Of a DNA stretch of 64,000 nt, positions 28,909 through 38,063 are shown one piece after another (the stretch's first letter is position 1; each line of letters starts with the position of its first letter). The DNA lies in NCBI GenBank assembly GCA_937990735.1, contig CALKQT010000034.1, forward strand, positions 15,200-79,199, written 5' to 3'. The notes under the pieces are model-generated. The model saw nothing but the letters and a program-made list of their open reading frames with translations, did no database searches and was not told where the DNA came from. The DNA comes from an uncultured Campylobacter sp. (GTDB lineage Bacteria; Campylobacterota; Campylobacteria; Campylobacterales; Campylobacteraceae). The position numbers were made by a program, and so were the translations under genes.

Positions 28909-29999
28909 AATTTAGCGATTTTTTTGAGGGCTGGCTAAACGAGAGCTACTACGCAAATGCCGCTAAAATCGGCAAGAGCGGCGATTTTTACACCGCCGTG
29001 AGCGTAGGAAGCTTCTTTGGGATCTGCATCGCGCGCGAAATTTTACGCCTAAGCGCGGATTTTGGCGCGAAGCAAGAGTTAAGCTTAGACGCGGCGGCAA
29101 GCCCAATTGCATCGCGGCAAAATTTTGCGGCGGCGTGCGAGCTAAATTTAGATGCTGTGCTCGCAGAAAAATCGCAAAATAACGCTAAAATCGCTATCGT
29201 AGAGATAGGATCGCACGACGGGCGACTGCTTTGCGACATAGTGCAAGCTATCTTTACGCTGGGCGGTGCGGCGGCGCTTGATAAATTTAGCTTCGCGATT
29301 ATCGAGCCGCACGAGCGCCTGCGCGAGCTGCAGCGGGCGAGCTTTGCGGAGAGCTTCGGCGGCGAAATCGCGCTAAAGCACTTCGCAAGCGCGCGCGAGG
29401 CGAAATTTAAAGATGCGATCTTTGTGGCAAATGAGCTTTTCGACGCCTTTAAATGCGAGGCGGTGGACGGCGAAAATATGCTTTTTATCGAAAGCGGTGC
29501 GGCAAAATTTGCTCCCATAAAAGAAAGTGAAATTTTGACCCTCGCGCGCAGATTCGGCATCTCGCGCGGCGAAATCCCGATCGGATGCTTTCGCTTTGCG
29601 CGCGAAATTTGCGCCAGCGCGCAGCGGTTTTATTTCATCGCCTTTGATTACGGACAGATGGGCTCTAGCGGCGATTTTAGCCTGCGGATTTACCGAAATC
29701 ACGAGGTTTTTAGCTTCTTTGAGGTGCAAAACTTGAGCGATTTTTACGGCAAAAGCGATCTTACCTACGACGTAAATTTTGAAATTTTACGTGCGGCGTT
29801 TGAGGACGCGGGCGCCGTGACGGCGGATTTTAAAAGACAGATCGCGGCTTTGATAGACTTCGGCGCGGTCCAGCTTTTAGAGCTTTTTATGCAAAAAAGC
29901 GGAGAGAAGGGCTACCTAAATGCGCTTTTGCAGTTCAATCACCTGCGCGCTGAGTTTGGCGAAAAGTTTAAGATGATAAAATTTAAAAAGGGGCTTTGA
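28905..29999 (+). CDS. SAM-dependent methyltransferase, MidA/NDUFAF7 (DUF185) family, with a short low-complexity insertion
   Basis: DFYTAVSVGSFFG, IVEIGSHDGRL, FVANELFDAF patterns. GTG start overlaps the argD stop. Confidence 0.65.
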   Translation: MKFSDFFEGWLNESYYANAAKIGKSGDFYTAVSVGSFFGICIAREILRLSADFGAKQELSLDAAASPIASRQNFAAACELNLDAVLAEKSQNNAKIAIVEIGSHDGRLLCDIVQAIFTLGGAAALDKFSFAIIEPHERLRELQRASFAESFGGEIALKHFASAREAKFKDAIFVANELFDAFKCEAVDGENMLFIESGAAKFAPIKESEILTLARRFGISRGEIPIGCFRFAREICASAQRFYFIAFDYGQMGSSGDFSLRIYRNHEVFSFFEVQNLSDFYGKSDLTYDVNFEILRAAFEDAGAVTADFKRQIAALIDFGAVQLLELFMQKSGEKGYLNALLQFNHLRAEFGEKFKMIKFKKGL

Positions 30000-30325
30000 T
30001 GAAAGCTTTTATCGATTGCGACTGCGAAATTTTGCAAAGGACGCTGGAGCTGTTTTTGAAGGATCGCGCTACAAGTGCGCAGGATTGCGACTTTGTGATA
30101 AGCGATGAGCCACAAAGCTCGGCAAAACCGCTATTTTTGATCGGCGAGGGCGGAGATCTGACGCTACCGTTTTCAAAGAGTGCCTTGCTATCGAAGCTGG
30201 AGGATTTTCAAGGCTCGCTAAAGCGGGATTTTAGCGAATATGACGCGGCGGAAGAGGAAATTTGCGCTCTATTTGATGAGTTTAAGGCAAGAATCATCGA
30301 AATTTTAAGAAGGCAAAATGGCTAA
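29996..30325 (+). CDS. Hypothetical protein (109 aa)
   Basis: ORF translationally coupled on both sides (ATGA overlap upstream, 8-nt overlap downstream). No recognisable motif. Confidence 0.5.
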   Translation: MMKAFIDCDCEILQRTLELFLKDRATSAQDCDFVISDEPQSSAKPLFLIGEGGDLTLPFSKSALLSKLEDFQGSLKRDFSEYDAAEEEICALFDEFKARIIEILRRQNG

Positions 30326-31775
30326 ATTTTCCAAACCCGCCGGCGCGCTCTTTACGCAAATCTCAAGCGGCATTTATAGGGGCAAAAAGCTCGCTCTGCC
30401 CGCGTTTTCGAGTACGCGCAGCACGAAAAGCATCGTAAAGGGCTCGTTTTTCGATACTTGGCGGGCGGAGTTGCGCGGCGCGGCGTTTATCGAGTGCTTC
30501 GGCGGTAGCGGCGCGATGGCGCTTGAAGCGCTAAGTAACGGCGCAAAAAACGTTTATGCGATCGAAAAGGATGTCGCCGCGCATAAGATAATGCGGAAAA
30601 ATTTCGAGTTTTTTGGGCTCGGCGCAAACGCGATTTTGGGTGATTGTTTCGAGCGACTACCCGAAATTTTGCACGAGCTGCAAGCGGATATGAACGGACG
30701 CTCGGGCGCGAATTCGCTAAATTTAAGCGGCAAAAATTTAGACAAAAACCATGCCGCCACCTACCGCAAAAATTTAGACGGCGAAAAAGACGGCTGTCGC
30801 AAAAGCTTTAGTGGCGTAGAGCAGGGCGAGAACCCATACTGCGGCACGCAAAGCGTAGAAGTGGAAGACGGCACGCAAAGCGGCGTGAAAGATTTTGCAA
30901 AATGCGGTACGCAAAACAGCGTGTCTTACGGCACGCAAAATGGCGCGCAGGGCGGCGCAAATGATGATTGCGCAGGCGAGGGTTTTGGCGATTGTGCCCA
31001 GATTAACGATTATGCGGGCGCTTCTAGTATAAAATATCGTGCGAATTCGCTAACTACGGATGCCGCGAGCTTTGGCGAAAAGGTTGACGATAACTGCGCT
31101 TCTCAATACGACGCGAGCGGCACCGAGACCGCTAATTGCAACTTAAATTTAAGCTCAAAATGCAGCGAGAGCTCTAATTTTGACGCAAATCGCGGTGCGG
31201 GCTTAGGCGCGAGCTGCGAAGAGAAAGAAATCTTAAATTTAGGCGAAAATTTTGATTCTAGCTGCAGAAAAAGTTTACATTCAAGCGCAAATTTCGTCTA
31301 TGATTCAAGAAAAAATTCCACTGCGAATTCTGACGGCAATTTTGGCGCTAGTTGCGAAGAAAATTCGCGCCCAAACGTAAATTTAACCCGTGGTTCAGGA
31401 AAAAATTTCGCCACCAACTCCCGTGAAAATTTAGCATGCGGTTTAGGCGAAAGCTCTACCGCAAACGATTTAGGCAAATGTTCTGCTGCAAATTCTAGCG
31501 AAAGCCATACCGTAAATTCTAGTGAAAATTCCGTCTCCGATCCCGCGCGCAGAGTGTTTGTCTATCTAGATCCGCCGTTTGCGATCAGGCAGGGCTTTGG
31601 CGAGATTTACGAGCGGGTGCTGGCGCTGATAGCGCGCCTAGGCTCCGTGCGGTGCGAGCTGCCAATCGCGATCGAGCATATGAGCGAGCTTGAGCTGCCG
31701 CCTAAAATCGGCGATTTCGCGCTGCTTAAATCGCGCAAATTCGGCGCTACGACGATGAGCTACTACGTAAAATGA
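30318..31775 (+). CDS. rsmD: RsmD-family 16S rRNA (guanine-N2)-methyltransferase split by an in-frame low-complexity insertion of about 288 aa
   Basis: N-terminal 121 aa (GIYRGKKL..P....TRST...VKGS.F, motif I ECFGGSGAMALEALS) and C-terminal 76 aa (motif IV VYLDPPF) together make a normal RsmD of about 197 aa. Confidence 0.7.
   Translation: MAKFSKPAGALFTQISSGIYRGKKLALPAFSSTRSTKSIVKGSFFDTWRAELRGAAFIECFGGSGAMALEALSNGAKNVYAIEKDVAAHKIMRKNFEFFGLGANAILGDCFERLPEILHELQADMNGRSGANSLNLSGKNLDKNHAATYRKNLDGEKDGCRKSFSGVEQGENPYCGTQSVEVEDGTQSGVKDFAKCGTQNSVSYGTQNGAQGGANDDCAGEGFGDCAQINDYAGASSIKYRANSLTTDAASFGEKVDDNCASQYDASGTETANCNLNLSSKCSESSNFDANRGAGLGASCEEKEILNLGENFDSSCRKSLHSSANFVYDSRKNSTANSDGNFGASCEENSRPNVNLTRGSGKNFATNSRENLACGLGESSTANDLGKCSAANSSESHTVNSSENSVSDPARRVFVYLDPPFAIRQGFGEIYERVLALIARLGSVRCELPIAIEHMSELELPPKIGDFALLKSRKFGATTMSYYVK
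30681..31544. repeat. Low-complexity, AATT-rich coding insertion inside rsmD
   Basis: Asn-[LSFC]-rich translation (NSLNLSGKNLDKN, NFDANRG, NFGASCEEN, NSSESHTVNSSENS). Internal repeats CGTQS/DGTQS/CGTQN/YGTQN and GASCEE(K/N). Confidence 0.65.
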
Positions 31776-32560
31776 AAAGCTTAAAGCAAATTTTAGATTA
31801 TTACGCCGATTTGAAAAATTGCGACGCGGATCTTTTCGGCGCGCCCGATCCGCTGCAGGTCGCAAAGGGACATCGAAACGACGTCGTAGCGCTCATCTGC
31901 GCGCTGTTTGCTTACGGTAACGCGGCTCAAATTTTAAAATTTCTCCACTCGCTTGATTTTTCGCTTTTAGACGGGAGCGATGAGCGCATTAGCGCGGAGC
32001 TTGCGGGCAAAAAATATAGATTTCAAAGCCCGCGCGACGTCGCTGAAATTTTTATAACTTTAAAGCGGCTTAAAAATAGCCTTAGCATCGAGGAGAGCGT
32101 GCTTCGCGGCATGCAAAAAAACGGACGGATCGAGGATGGGATAAATTTTTTAATCGGCGAGATTTACAGATTAAACCCCTACCGCAGCCCGGGATATGAG
32201 TTTTTTTTCGGGCGCGGCTTCGCGCAAAAGCCCACGTCTCCGTACAAGCGCTACAATCTCTTCCTGCGCTGGGCGGTGCGCGACAGCGACATCGATCTGG
32301 GGCTGTATAGAAAGATCGAAAAATCGCGCCTCCTCATCCCGCTCGATACCCATACGCATAAAGTTTCGCTTAAGCTTGGGCTGATCGATCGCAAGAGTTA
32401 CGATTTTGAGGCGGTTTTGCAGCTTACGCAAAGCTTAAGGCGCTTCGATCCGAGCGATCCCATCAAATACGACTTCGCGCTGTATCGCCTCGGACAGAGC
32501 GGCGAGATAGATAAAATTTTACCCGAACTGGGCGCAAATTTAAACAAAACCGCGGAGTAA
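31772..32560 (+). CDS. TIGR02757 (DUF2400) family protein
   Basis: DPLQ.......D.V.ALICALFAYGNA.QI and LIPLDTHT patterns recalled for this family. ATGA overlap with rsmD. Confidence 0.65.
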   Translation: MKSLKQILDYYADLKNCDADLFGAPDPLQVAKGHRNDVVALICALFAYGNAAQILKFLHSLDFSLLDGSDERISAELAGKKYRFQSPRDVAEIFITLKRLKNSLSIEESVLRGMQKNGRIEDGINFLIGEIYRLNPYRSPGYEFFFGRGFAQKPTSPYKRYNLFLRWAVRDSDIDLGLYRKIEKSRLLIPLDTHTHKVSLKLGLIDRKSYDFEAVLQLTQSLRRFDPSDPIKYDFALYRLGQSGEIDKILPELGANLNKTAE

Positions 32561-32564
32561 GTCG

Positions 32565-33060
32565 GCGGAATTTTACCTAACACGAGCTATGAAATTTTAT
32601 GAAGCTTTAGTGCGGGTGTGTGACGGAATTTTGCGCTGTTTTGCTACCGCATAAGTAGGGCCGGCTTTATGGATTTTGCCGTACGCCTTGAGTGCGGCGC
32701 GCCGAAATTTTATAGAATTTTGGTAAAAGATCACTTCATAAATTTCTGCAAATTTCACGGATAGATGCGCGAAATTTATAGGGCTATCTTGTAGAATTTG
32801 GGTAAAATTCCACAGCCTTGTGTTATTAAAATTTTATGAAATTTTGCAGCTCGCGCACGACGCGATAAATTGCATGGAGCTAAAACGGCAATCGCGCGGT
32901 AAATTTCATAAAATTTAAGCAGGAGCCGTGCGGCAAAATCCGATATAATTCCGTGGAATTTTATAAAATTGCATGGAATTCTAGCAGGCGCTCGTATGCA
33001 CTTTGCGGTGCATGAGCGGTTTGCGATCGTAATTGCGCGGAATTCTGGCAGGCGTTCATA
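32565..33060. repeat. Intergenic RAATTY-rich short-period repeat block (about 0.5 kb)
   Basis: gctatgaaatttta, acggaattttgcgc, ccgaaatttta, tagaattttgg, cataaatttctgc, gcaaatttcacgg, gcgaaatttata, gtagaatttggg, gtaaaattcc and so on. Confidence 0.7.
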
Positions 33061-33094
33061 GCGTGTGCCTGTGTGATTTGAGAAAAGGATAAAA

Positions 33095-33856
33095 ATGGAG
33101 CTTGAACTTTGGCAGTTTGCGGTGCTTTTTGCGGCGGCGTTTTTCGGCGGATTTATCGACTCGATCGCAGGCGGCGGCGGGCTGATCTCGCTGCCTGCGC
33201 TGCTTGCCGTGGGCGTTCCGCCGCATGTAGCGATCGCCACAAATAGATTTCAAGGCAGTTTCGGAAGCTTCACCGCCGCTTTAAATTTCATCCGCAAGGG
33301 CTATGTCGATGCGGCGGAGATCTTGCGCGGCGTGATTTTTACGTTCGTAGGCGGACTCATCGGCGCTTATGTCCTGCTCCTAATCGATGCGAAATTCCTA
33401 AACTATCTCATTCCGATCCTGCTGCTGGCGCTTTTCTTTTATATGATTTTTTCGCCGAACCTAGGCGAAGCGCCCGCCAAACCCAAGATGTCAAAAAAGA
33501 GCTTTTACGCGATTTTCGGGCTTATTTTGGGGTTTTACGACGGATTTTTCGGCCCTGGTACGGGCTCGTTTTGGACGTTTGCACTCGTGGGAATTTTAGG
33601 GCTATATATGAAAAAGGCGGTCGCACACACGAAGGTTTTAAATTTCACCTCAAACATCGTCTCTTTGGGCGTTTTTATCATCGGCGGGCAGATTTTATGG
33701 CTCGTCGGAGCGGTGATGGCGGTCGGACAGATCGCGGGCAGCTTCGCAGGCTCAAGCTTGGTGATGCGGTGCGACGTAAAATTCGTGCGCAAGATGCTTC
33801 TGTTCGTCGTTGCCGCCACGATTTTAAAGCTACTTTACGGACTGATTGCAAATTGA
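33095..33856 (+). CDS. TauE/SafE (DUF81) family sulfite/anion exporter-like membrane protein
   Basis: 253 aa, about 8 TM segments. GGFIDSIAGGGGLISLPAL and GFYDGFFGPGTGSF motifs. Confidence 0.8.
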   Translation: MELELWQFAVLFAAAFFGGFIDSIAGGGGLISLPALLAVGVPPHVAIATNRFQGSFGSFTAALNFIRKGYVDAAEILRGVIFTFVGGLIGAYVLLLIDAKFLNYLIPILLLALFFYMIFSPNLGEAPAKPKMSKKSFYAIFGLILGFYDGFFGPGTGSFWTFALVGILGLYMKKAVAHTKVLNFTSNIVSLGVFIIGGQILWLVGAVMAVGQIAGSFAGSSLVMRCDVKFVRKMLLFVVAATILKLLYGLIAN

Positions 33857-33959
33857 TTACAGATTGATTGAGGACCAATCTCGGGCTAATCTCAAGCCAA
33901 AATCATAGAATTTTATACAGGATTTCGTATAAAATTTCGCGTAAAATTTTATGAGCCCT

Positions 33960-34700
33960 CGTCGATATGTTACGACAGCGCCGCCTTACCGCCACGATAG
34001 TGCCGATTTTACTGCTACGGTGTCGATTTTGCCGCAGTGTCGCACCAAATTTACTGCGACACTGCAAATTTTAATTGTAGTGTCGATTTTATCATAGCTT
34101 CCGTATCTATTGTGCTGCGACGGGAGCCTAGCTTGTTGCTGGAATAACGCGCGGATATTGTCGTAACGTCGCACCGAACTTATTGCAGTAGCGCAGATCT
34201 TGCTGTAGTGTCGCGCCAGTCTCGCTTCGATGGCACTAATTTCCCGCTGCTGCGATGTTGGTTCTATTGCCGTTGTGTCGGAAGCCTCGCTTGTCGCGAG
34301 GTCTTTGATTTTATTTTTTCGATATCGCTGATTTTGCTCTGCGACATCGACGACTTCGTTACCGCGCTTGCTACTGCGAGGATTTTAATTGCGTTGTGCG
34401 GTGCCCACTGATTTTTATGACGGCGCTGTTTTTTCTGCTGCGATGGTGGCGATTTTGGCGCTGCTTTTACCGCCCCGCCGTCCGTATCACTACCGTGGGT
34501 GGCTTGATTTTGCTGTCGCGACATTGATGGTCTTGATGGTGCAAGGATTTGATTTGCTGCCGCAACGATGCCGATGAAGTTCCGTCCATCCGCATCGATT
34601 AAATTTAGCCGCACTGTCCGTATCTATTTCGTCGTATCGCCATGCATTCATTCGGTGCCGTCGATAGAGTCGTCGTATTGCCGAGCGCACAATGCTATCG
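33960..34700. repeat. Noncoding field of degenerate GATTTT-GCTG-N-GCGAC-like units, about 20-30 bp apart
   Basis: gccgattttactgctacgg, tgtcgattttgccgcagtg, gattttgctctgcgac, cttgctactgcgag, gattttaattgcgttgtgcgg, ttctgctgcgatgg, gattttggcgctgc, gattttgctgtcgcgac, gatttgctgccgcaac. Confidence 0.65.
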
Positions 34701-35066
34701 TGCCCGTGCTATGAAATTTTATATGTTTATGCCCACAAAATTTTAAAATACCGCTCCATAGATCATTTCGCCGTGCCGCCCGTACGTACTACCAAATCCA
34801 CTCGCAGCGATTAAATTTAGCCGCACCGCTGCGCCTGCCGTTTCACTCTGATATCGTAGGCGAAATTTTGCCTATCCATGCCATTTAAATTTGCCGTATC
34901 GCTACGTATCTGTTTCGCCTCGCCCGCCGAAATTTAGCAACCTCTCGCGTCAATTAAATTTCATCATACCCGCCGCATCCACGCCCGCCCGCAAAATTCC
35001 GCCGCCTAAAACAAAGTTAAAATATTTTGCGATAAAATGGGCAAAATTTTTCACAAAGGATTTACT

Positions 35067-35444
35067 ATGCAGATCATCTCGACTCCCGATGCGGCGCAGG
35101 CCATCGGGCCGTACTCTCAGGCGATCAAGACGGGCGGACTCATCTTTACCTCGGGGCAGATCGCGCTTAAGCCGGACGGCGAGTTCGTCGCGGGCGGCGT
35201 GGAGGCGCAGAGCAGGCAGGTTTTGCAAAACCTCGCCGCGATCCTGAAAGAAGCAGGCGCGACTCTGCAAGATGCCGTCAAAACGACGATTTTCCTAGCC
35301 GATATGGGCGATTTTGCCGCGGTGAACGAGATATACGCGGCGGCGTTCGGCGAGCACAAGCCCGCTCGCAGCACGGTGCAGGTCGCCAAACTCCCCAAAG
35401 GCGCGCTTGTGGAGATCGAAGTAATAGCGCTGGCTAGGGCCTAG
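35067..35444 (+). CDS. ridA: RidA family reactive-intermediate deaminase (YjgF/L-PSP)
   Basis: APAAIGPYSQA-like AAQAIGPYSQAIK, GQI.....G, VKTT.FL.DM.DF..VN..Y, PARS.V.V..LP....VEIE. Start at MQIIST. Confidence 0.85.
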   Translation: MQIISTPDAAQAIGPYSQAIKTGGLIFTSGQIALKPDGEFVAGGVEAQSRQVLQNLAAILKEAGATLQDAVKTTIFLADMGDFAAVNEIYAAAFGEHKPARSTVQVAKLPKGALVEIEVIALARA

Positions 35445-35694
35445 CGCTAAATTTAGATCACTAGAACTCTGCCGGTTCGCGTTTACGGTTAAAATTTGGA
35501 CGCGGGCTGCTCGAAATTTTAAACGGCTAGCTTTGGTTTTGAAGCTGCGCGCTTTTAAATTTAGATTTTCAAAGCCGCGCCAAATGCTCGCGGGTTTATG
35601 CAAACAGTGCGTCTGGTGCGCTAAGGCATTAAAATTTCTCACTCAAAATGGGATAAAAATAATAGAAAAACTTATTCAAAAATCTAAAAATATC

Positions 35695-36386
35695 ATGGCC
35701 GTGGGGCGCAGCGACATAGAGCCCGCATGGATCGCGCAGGCGCAGCGGCGGCTCAGTTTCGCACTGCCTGCGAGCTACAAGCAGATGCTGCTAAGATACG
35801 CTAGCGTCAGCGCGGCGGAGACGGAGCTAAAAATGATCGCGCCGCCCGAGTTTGCGGATAGTGCCGACGCCGACATCTGTTACACGTATGAGATAAATCT
35901 CAAAAATGGGCTATTTGCCGCGGACGAACTCGTGTTTTTGCAGCTCGAGGACGAGGAGTATTATTTTAAAATTTTGCCCGCAGGCGATGGCGGCGGTATA
36001 ACGGACGGCTCGCCAAACACGGCGCGCGGCAAGACGGCGGAGAGTACGAGCGGCAAAGCTGCGAGCGAGACAGTGCGCGATACGGTCGTCGCGACGGTAA
36101 CCGACGGTGCGAAAAATAGGGCGCCTGGCGACGAAGCGCGCGCGGAGAGATCGCCGATGTGGCGCGCAATATGAATGCAGAAGCGTCAGATGAAACGACG
36201 TGTAAAACAGCGGGCGCAACAACAAGCGAGGCGGCAGACGACGCAGCAAGTGGAGCGACGAAAAAGATAGCGAGCGAGCGGGTAGACGACGCGCCGTGCG
36301 AATACAAAGTCTATGTGCGCGACTACGCGGAGGGCGAGGATAGGCTTTTTGCGGACGATTTTTGCGGGTTTTTGGAAAAATTTTAA
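35695..36386 (+). pseudogene. SMI1/KNR4 (SUKH-1)-like protein gene, interrupted by a low-complexity segment and a frameshift
   Basis: N-terminal part has AQAQRRLSFALPASYKQMLLRY (SUKH-like i..aE..L...LP..Y...L). The C-terminal part (EYKVYVRDYAEGEDRLFADDFCGFLEKF) is in another frame (36159 ORF, open only from 36120). The frame switch must therefore lie in 36120..36174. The start codon is uncertain. Confidence 0.5.
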
Positions 36387-36418
36387 GACGAAATTTAAGG
36401 CAAAATCAGGAGCGACAA

Positions 36419-37435
36419 ATGGGACTGTTTGGCATTTTTAAAAAGGATCAATTTGACGTCGATGTGCGCCAGGACGGCATTTTCATAGGCGGCGTAAACT
36501 GCGAGTTTGATCTAGCTAAGCTTAACGAAGCCTTGGGACAGCCGCGCGTGATCAATGACGGAGAGGGCAAAAGCCGCTATTTTTGGGATGAGGCGGGGAT
36601 TTTCGCCTTCGTGCGCACAGGCGAGCCCGCAGAACCGAAGCTTACCGAGATAATTTTGATGCTTGAGGTCGCAAAGGGCGTGCAGCACGAGGTTCCGCGC
36701 AAGCTCTACGGCGGCGCATTCACGCTTGAGGGCAGACCGCCGCTTGAGGCCGTGCCTGAGCAGGAGCTGCGCGGCGCATATATATTTTTGGGGCTTAGCC
36801 TAGGCAAGTTCGAAGTCTCGCTAGCTCTCGCCGATGCCGTGCAGGAGCGCATAGGCGCGATGGACTTTGCCGAGCGCTTCGCTAAGCGCGACACCGACGA
36901 GATTGCAGATATCGTGCGAGCTGCGAAAATGCCGATAGGGCGCGTCTGCATCAATCAAAAGACAAAAAAGGTAAAGCGCAAGCCGAGCGATAAATTTAAG
37001 CTTCCGCGCGCGGCCGGCGAGACGCTAGCGTTTAAAAATTTCAATTTCAAAATCGCCGTGATGAACGAGCTGATGTATGAAAAATCCCTGCTACAGCCCA
37101 AATTTGACGTGTTTGAGTACTGCGAGGAGCGCGGCATCGATCCGTATGCAGATTTTGGCGCCCTACCGCAAGCCAAAAAGTGGTTTAAGGACTATCCGGT
37201 CCCCGCAAATTTGGCGGAGCAGGTGAGCGAGCTCTATCTTGACGGCGGAAATGAAATTTATCTGCAAATCGCGCCTGATTGGGACGGCGAGGATGAGCTT
37301 TTCGATATCAAAAACATTGACGCCGCCGAGCTTGCGCAATTCAAAAACCTTAAGAAAATCGAAACGACCGGCATCGACATATCTAAAAAGGCGCGAAAAG
37401 CCTGCGCAGATGCGGGGATCACGGTAGTTGATTGA
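36419..37435 (+). CDS. Hypothetical two-domain protein, immunity-protein-like (function unknown)
   Basis: Start at MGLFGIF, preceded by AGGAGCGACAA. C-terminal region YLDGGNEIYLQIAPDWDGEDELFDI. No enzymatic motif. Confidence 0.55.
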   Translation: MGLFGIFKKDQFDVDVRQDGIFIGGVNCEFDLAKLNEALGQPRVINDGEGKSRYFWDEAGIFAFVRTGEPAEPKLTEIILMLEVAKGVQHEVPRKLYGGAFTLEGRPPLEAVPEQELRGAYIFLGLSLGKFEVSLALADAVQERIGAMDFAERFAKRDTDEIADIVRAAKMPIGRVCINQKTKKVKRKPSDKFKLPRAAGETLAFKNFNFKIAVMNELMYEKSLLQPKFDVFEYCEERGIDPYADFGALPQAKKWFKDYPVPANLAEQVSELYLDGGNEIYLQIAPDWDGEDELFDIKNIDAAELAQFKNLKKIETTGIDISKKARKACADAGITVVD

Positions 37436-38063
37436 GCGCGGAAGTGGACTTTGAGCCATACAGCGCGCGGTTTTAAAAAAGCCGAAATAGGCTTTTAAAC
37501 GCTTTATAAATGCGCATTCCAGCGGGCATTCGGATGCGTTTTAAAAAGCTGAAGTAGGCTTTTAAACTGCGGTCGCGCTCTTAAAAGGTCATAATTGTTA
37601 CCGTGCCGCGCAAAATCCGCGTAAAATTCTACTTATATCGAGCGCTATAAATGAGCTTTTAAAGGTGGTCGGCAAGGCTTTGGCGCTTAATTTGGCGCGT
37701 GTTAAAAGCTTAGGGGCTCGTTTGCAGCATAAGAGCTGCGTCGCTGAATGCGCGAGATGAGTGCGTCGCGCGAGTAAATAATTTTCTTTTCGGCTTTTAT
37801 GGAAAATTCACTGCGCAGCAAGAGAGCTAAATTTACCGCTTTTAAATTTTAAAATTTATAAAGAGCGGCGCGCGCGGCTTTTAATGTGCGATTAAATTTA
37901 GACTTCATATAGATTAAATTCTAGGCGCGGTTAAATTTGCATTTTTAATTCCGTTTGTAGCTGTATCATGTCATAAAATAGGGCAAGAGAACAGAGCACG
38001 ATCAAGAGCAGATCAAATTAAAATTTCGTCTTTGGAATTTAGCCTAAATTTATGCTCGCACTT

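Noticed and set aside
28988-29560. 190-aa minus-strand ORF antisense to the DUF185 methyltransferase gene
   Set aside because: It is a shadow ORF with a low-complexity Ala/Ser/Lys translation. The plus-strand gene has family motifs and translational coupling.
32776-33240. 154-aa minus-strand ORF spanning the 32.6-33.1 kb repeat block and the TauE-family gene start
   Set aside because: It is mostly encoded by RAATTY repeat DNA and overlaps a well-supported gene start. It has no RBS.
33960-34700. Possible CRISPR array, given the regularly recurring short motif
   Set aside because: The units are degenerate and have no constant repeat of 23 bp or more alternating with unique spacers. Spacing is irregular (about 20-30 bp). 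There are no cas genes in the window.
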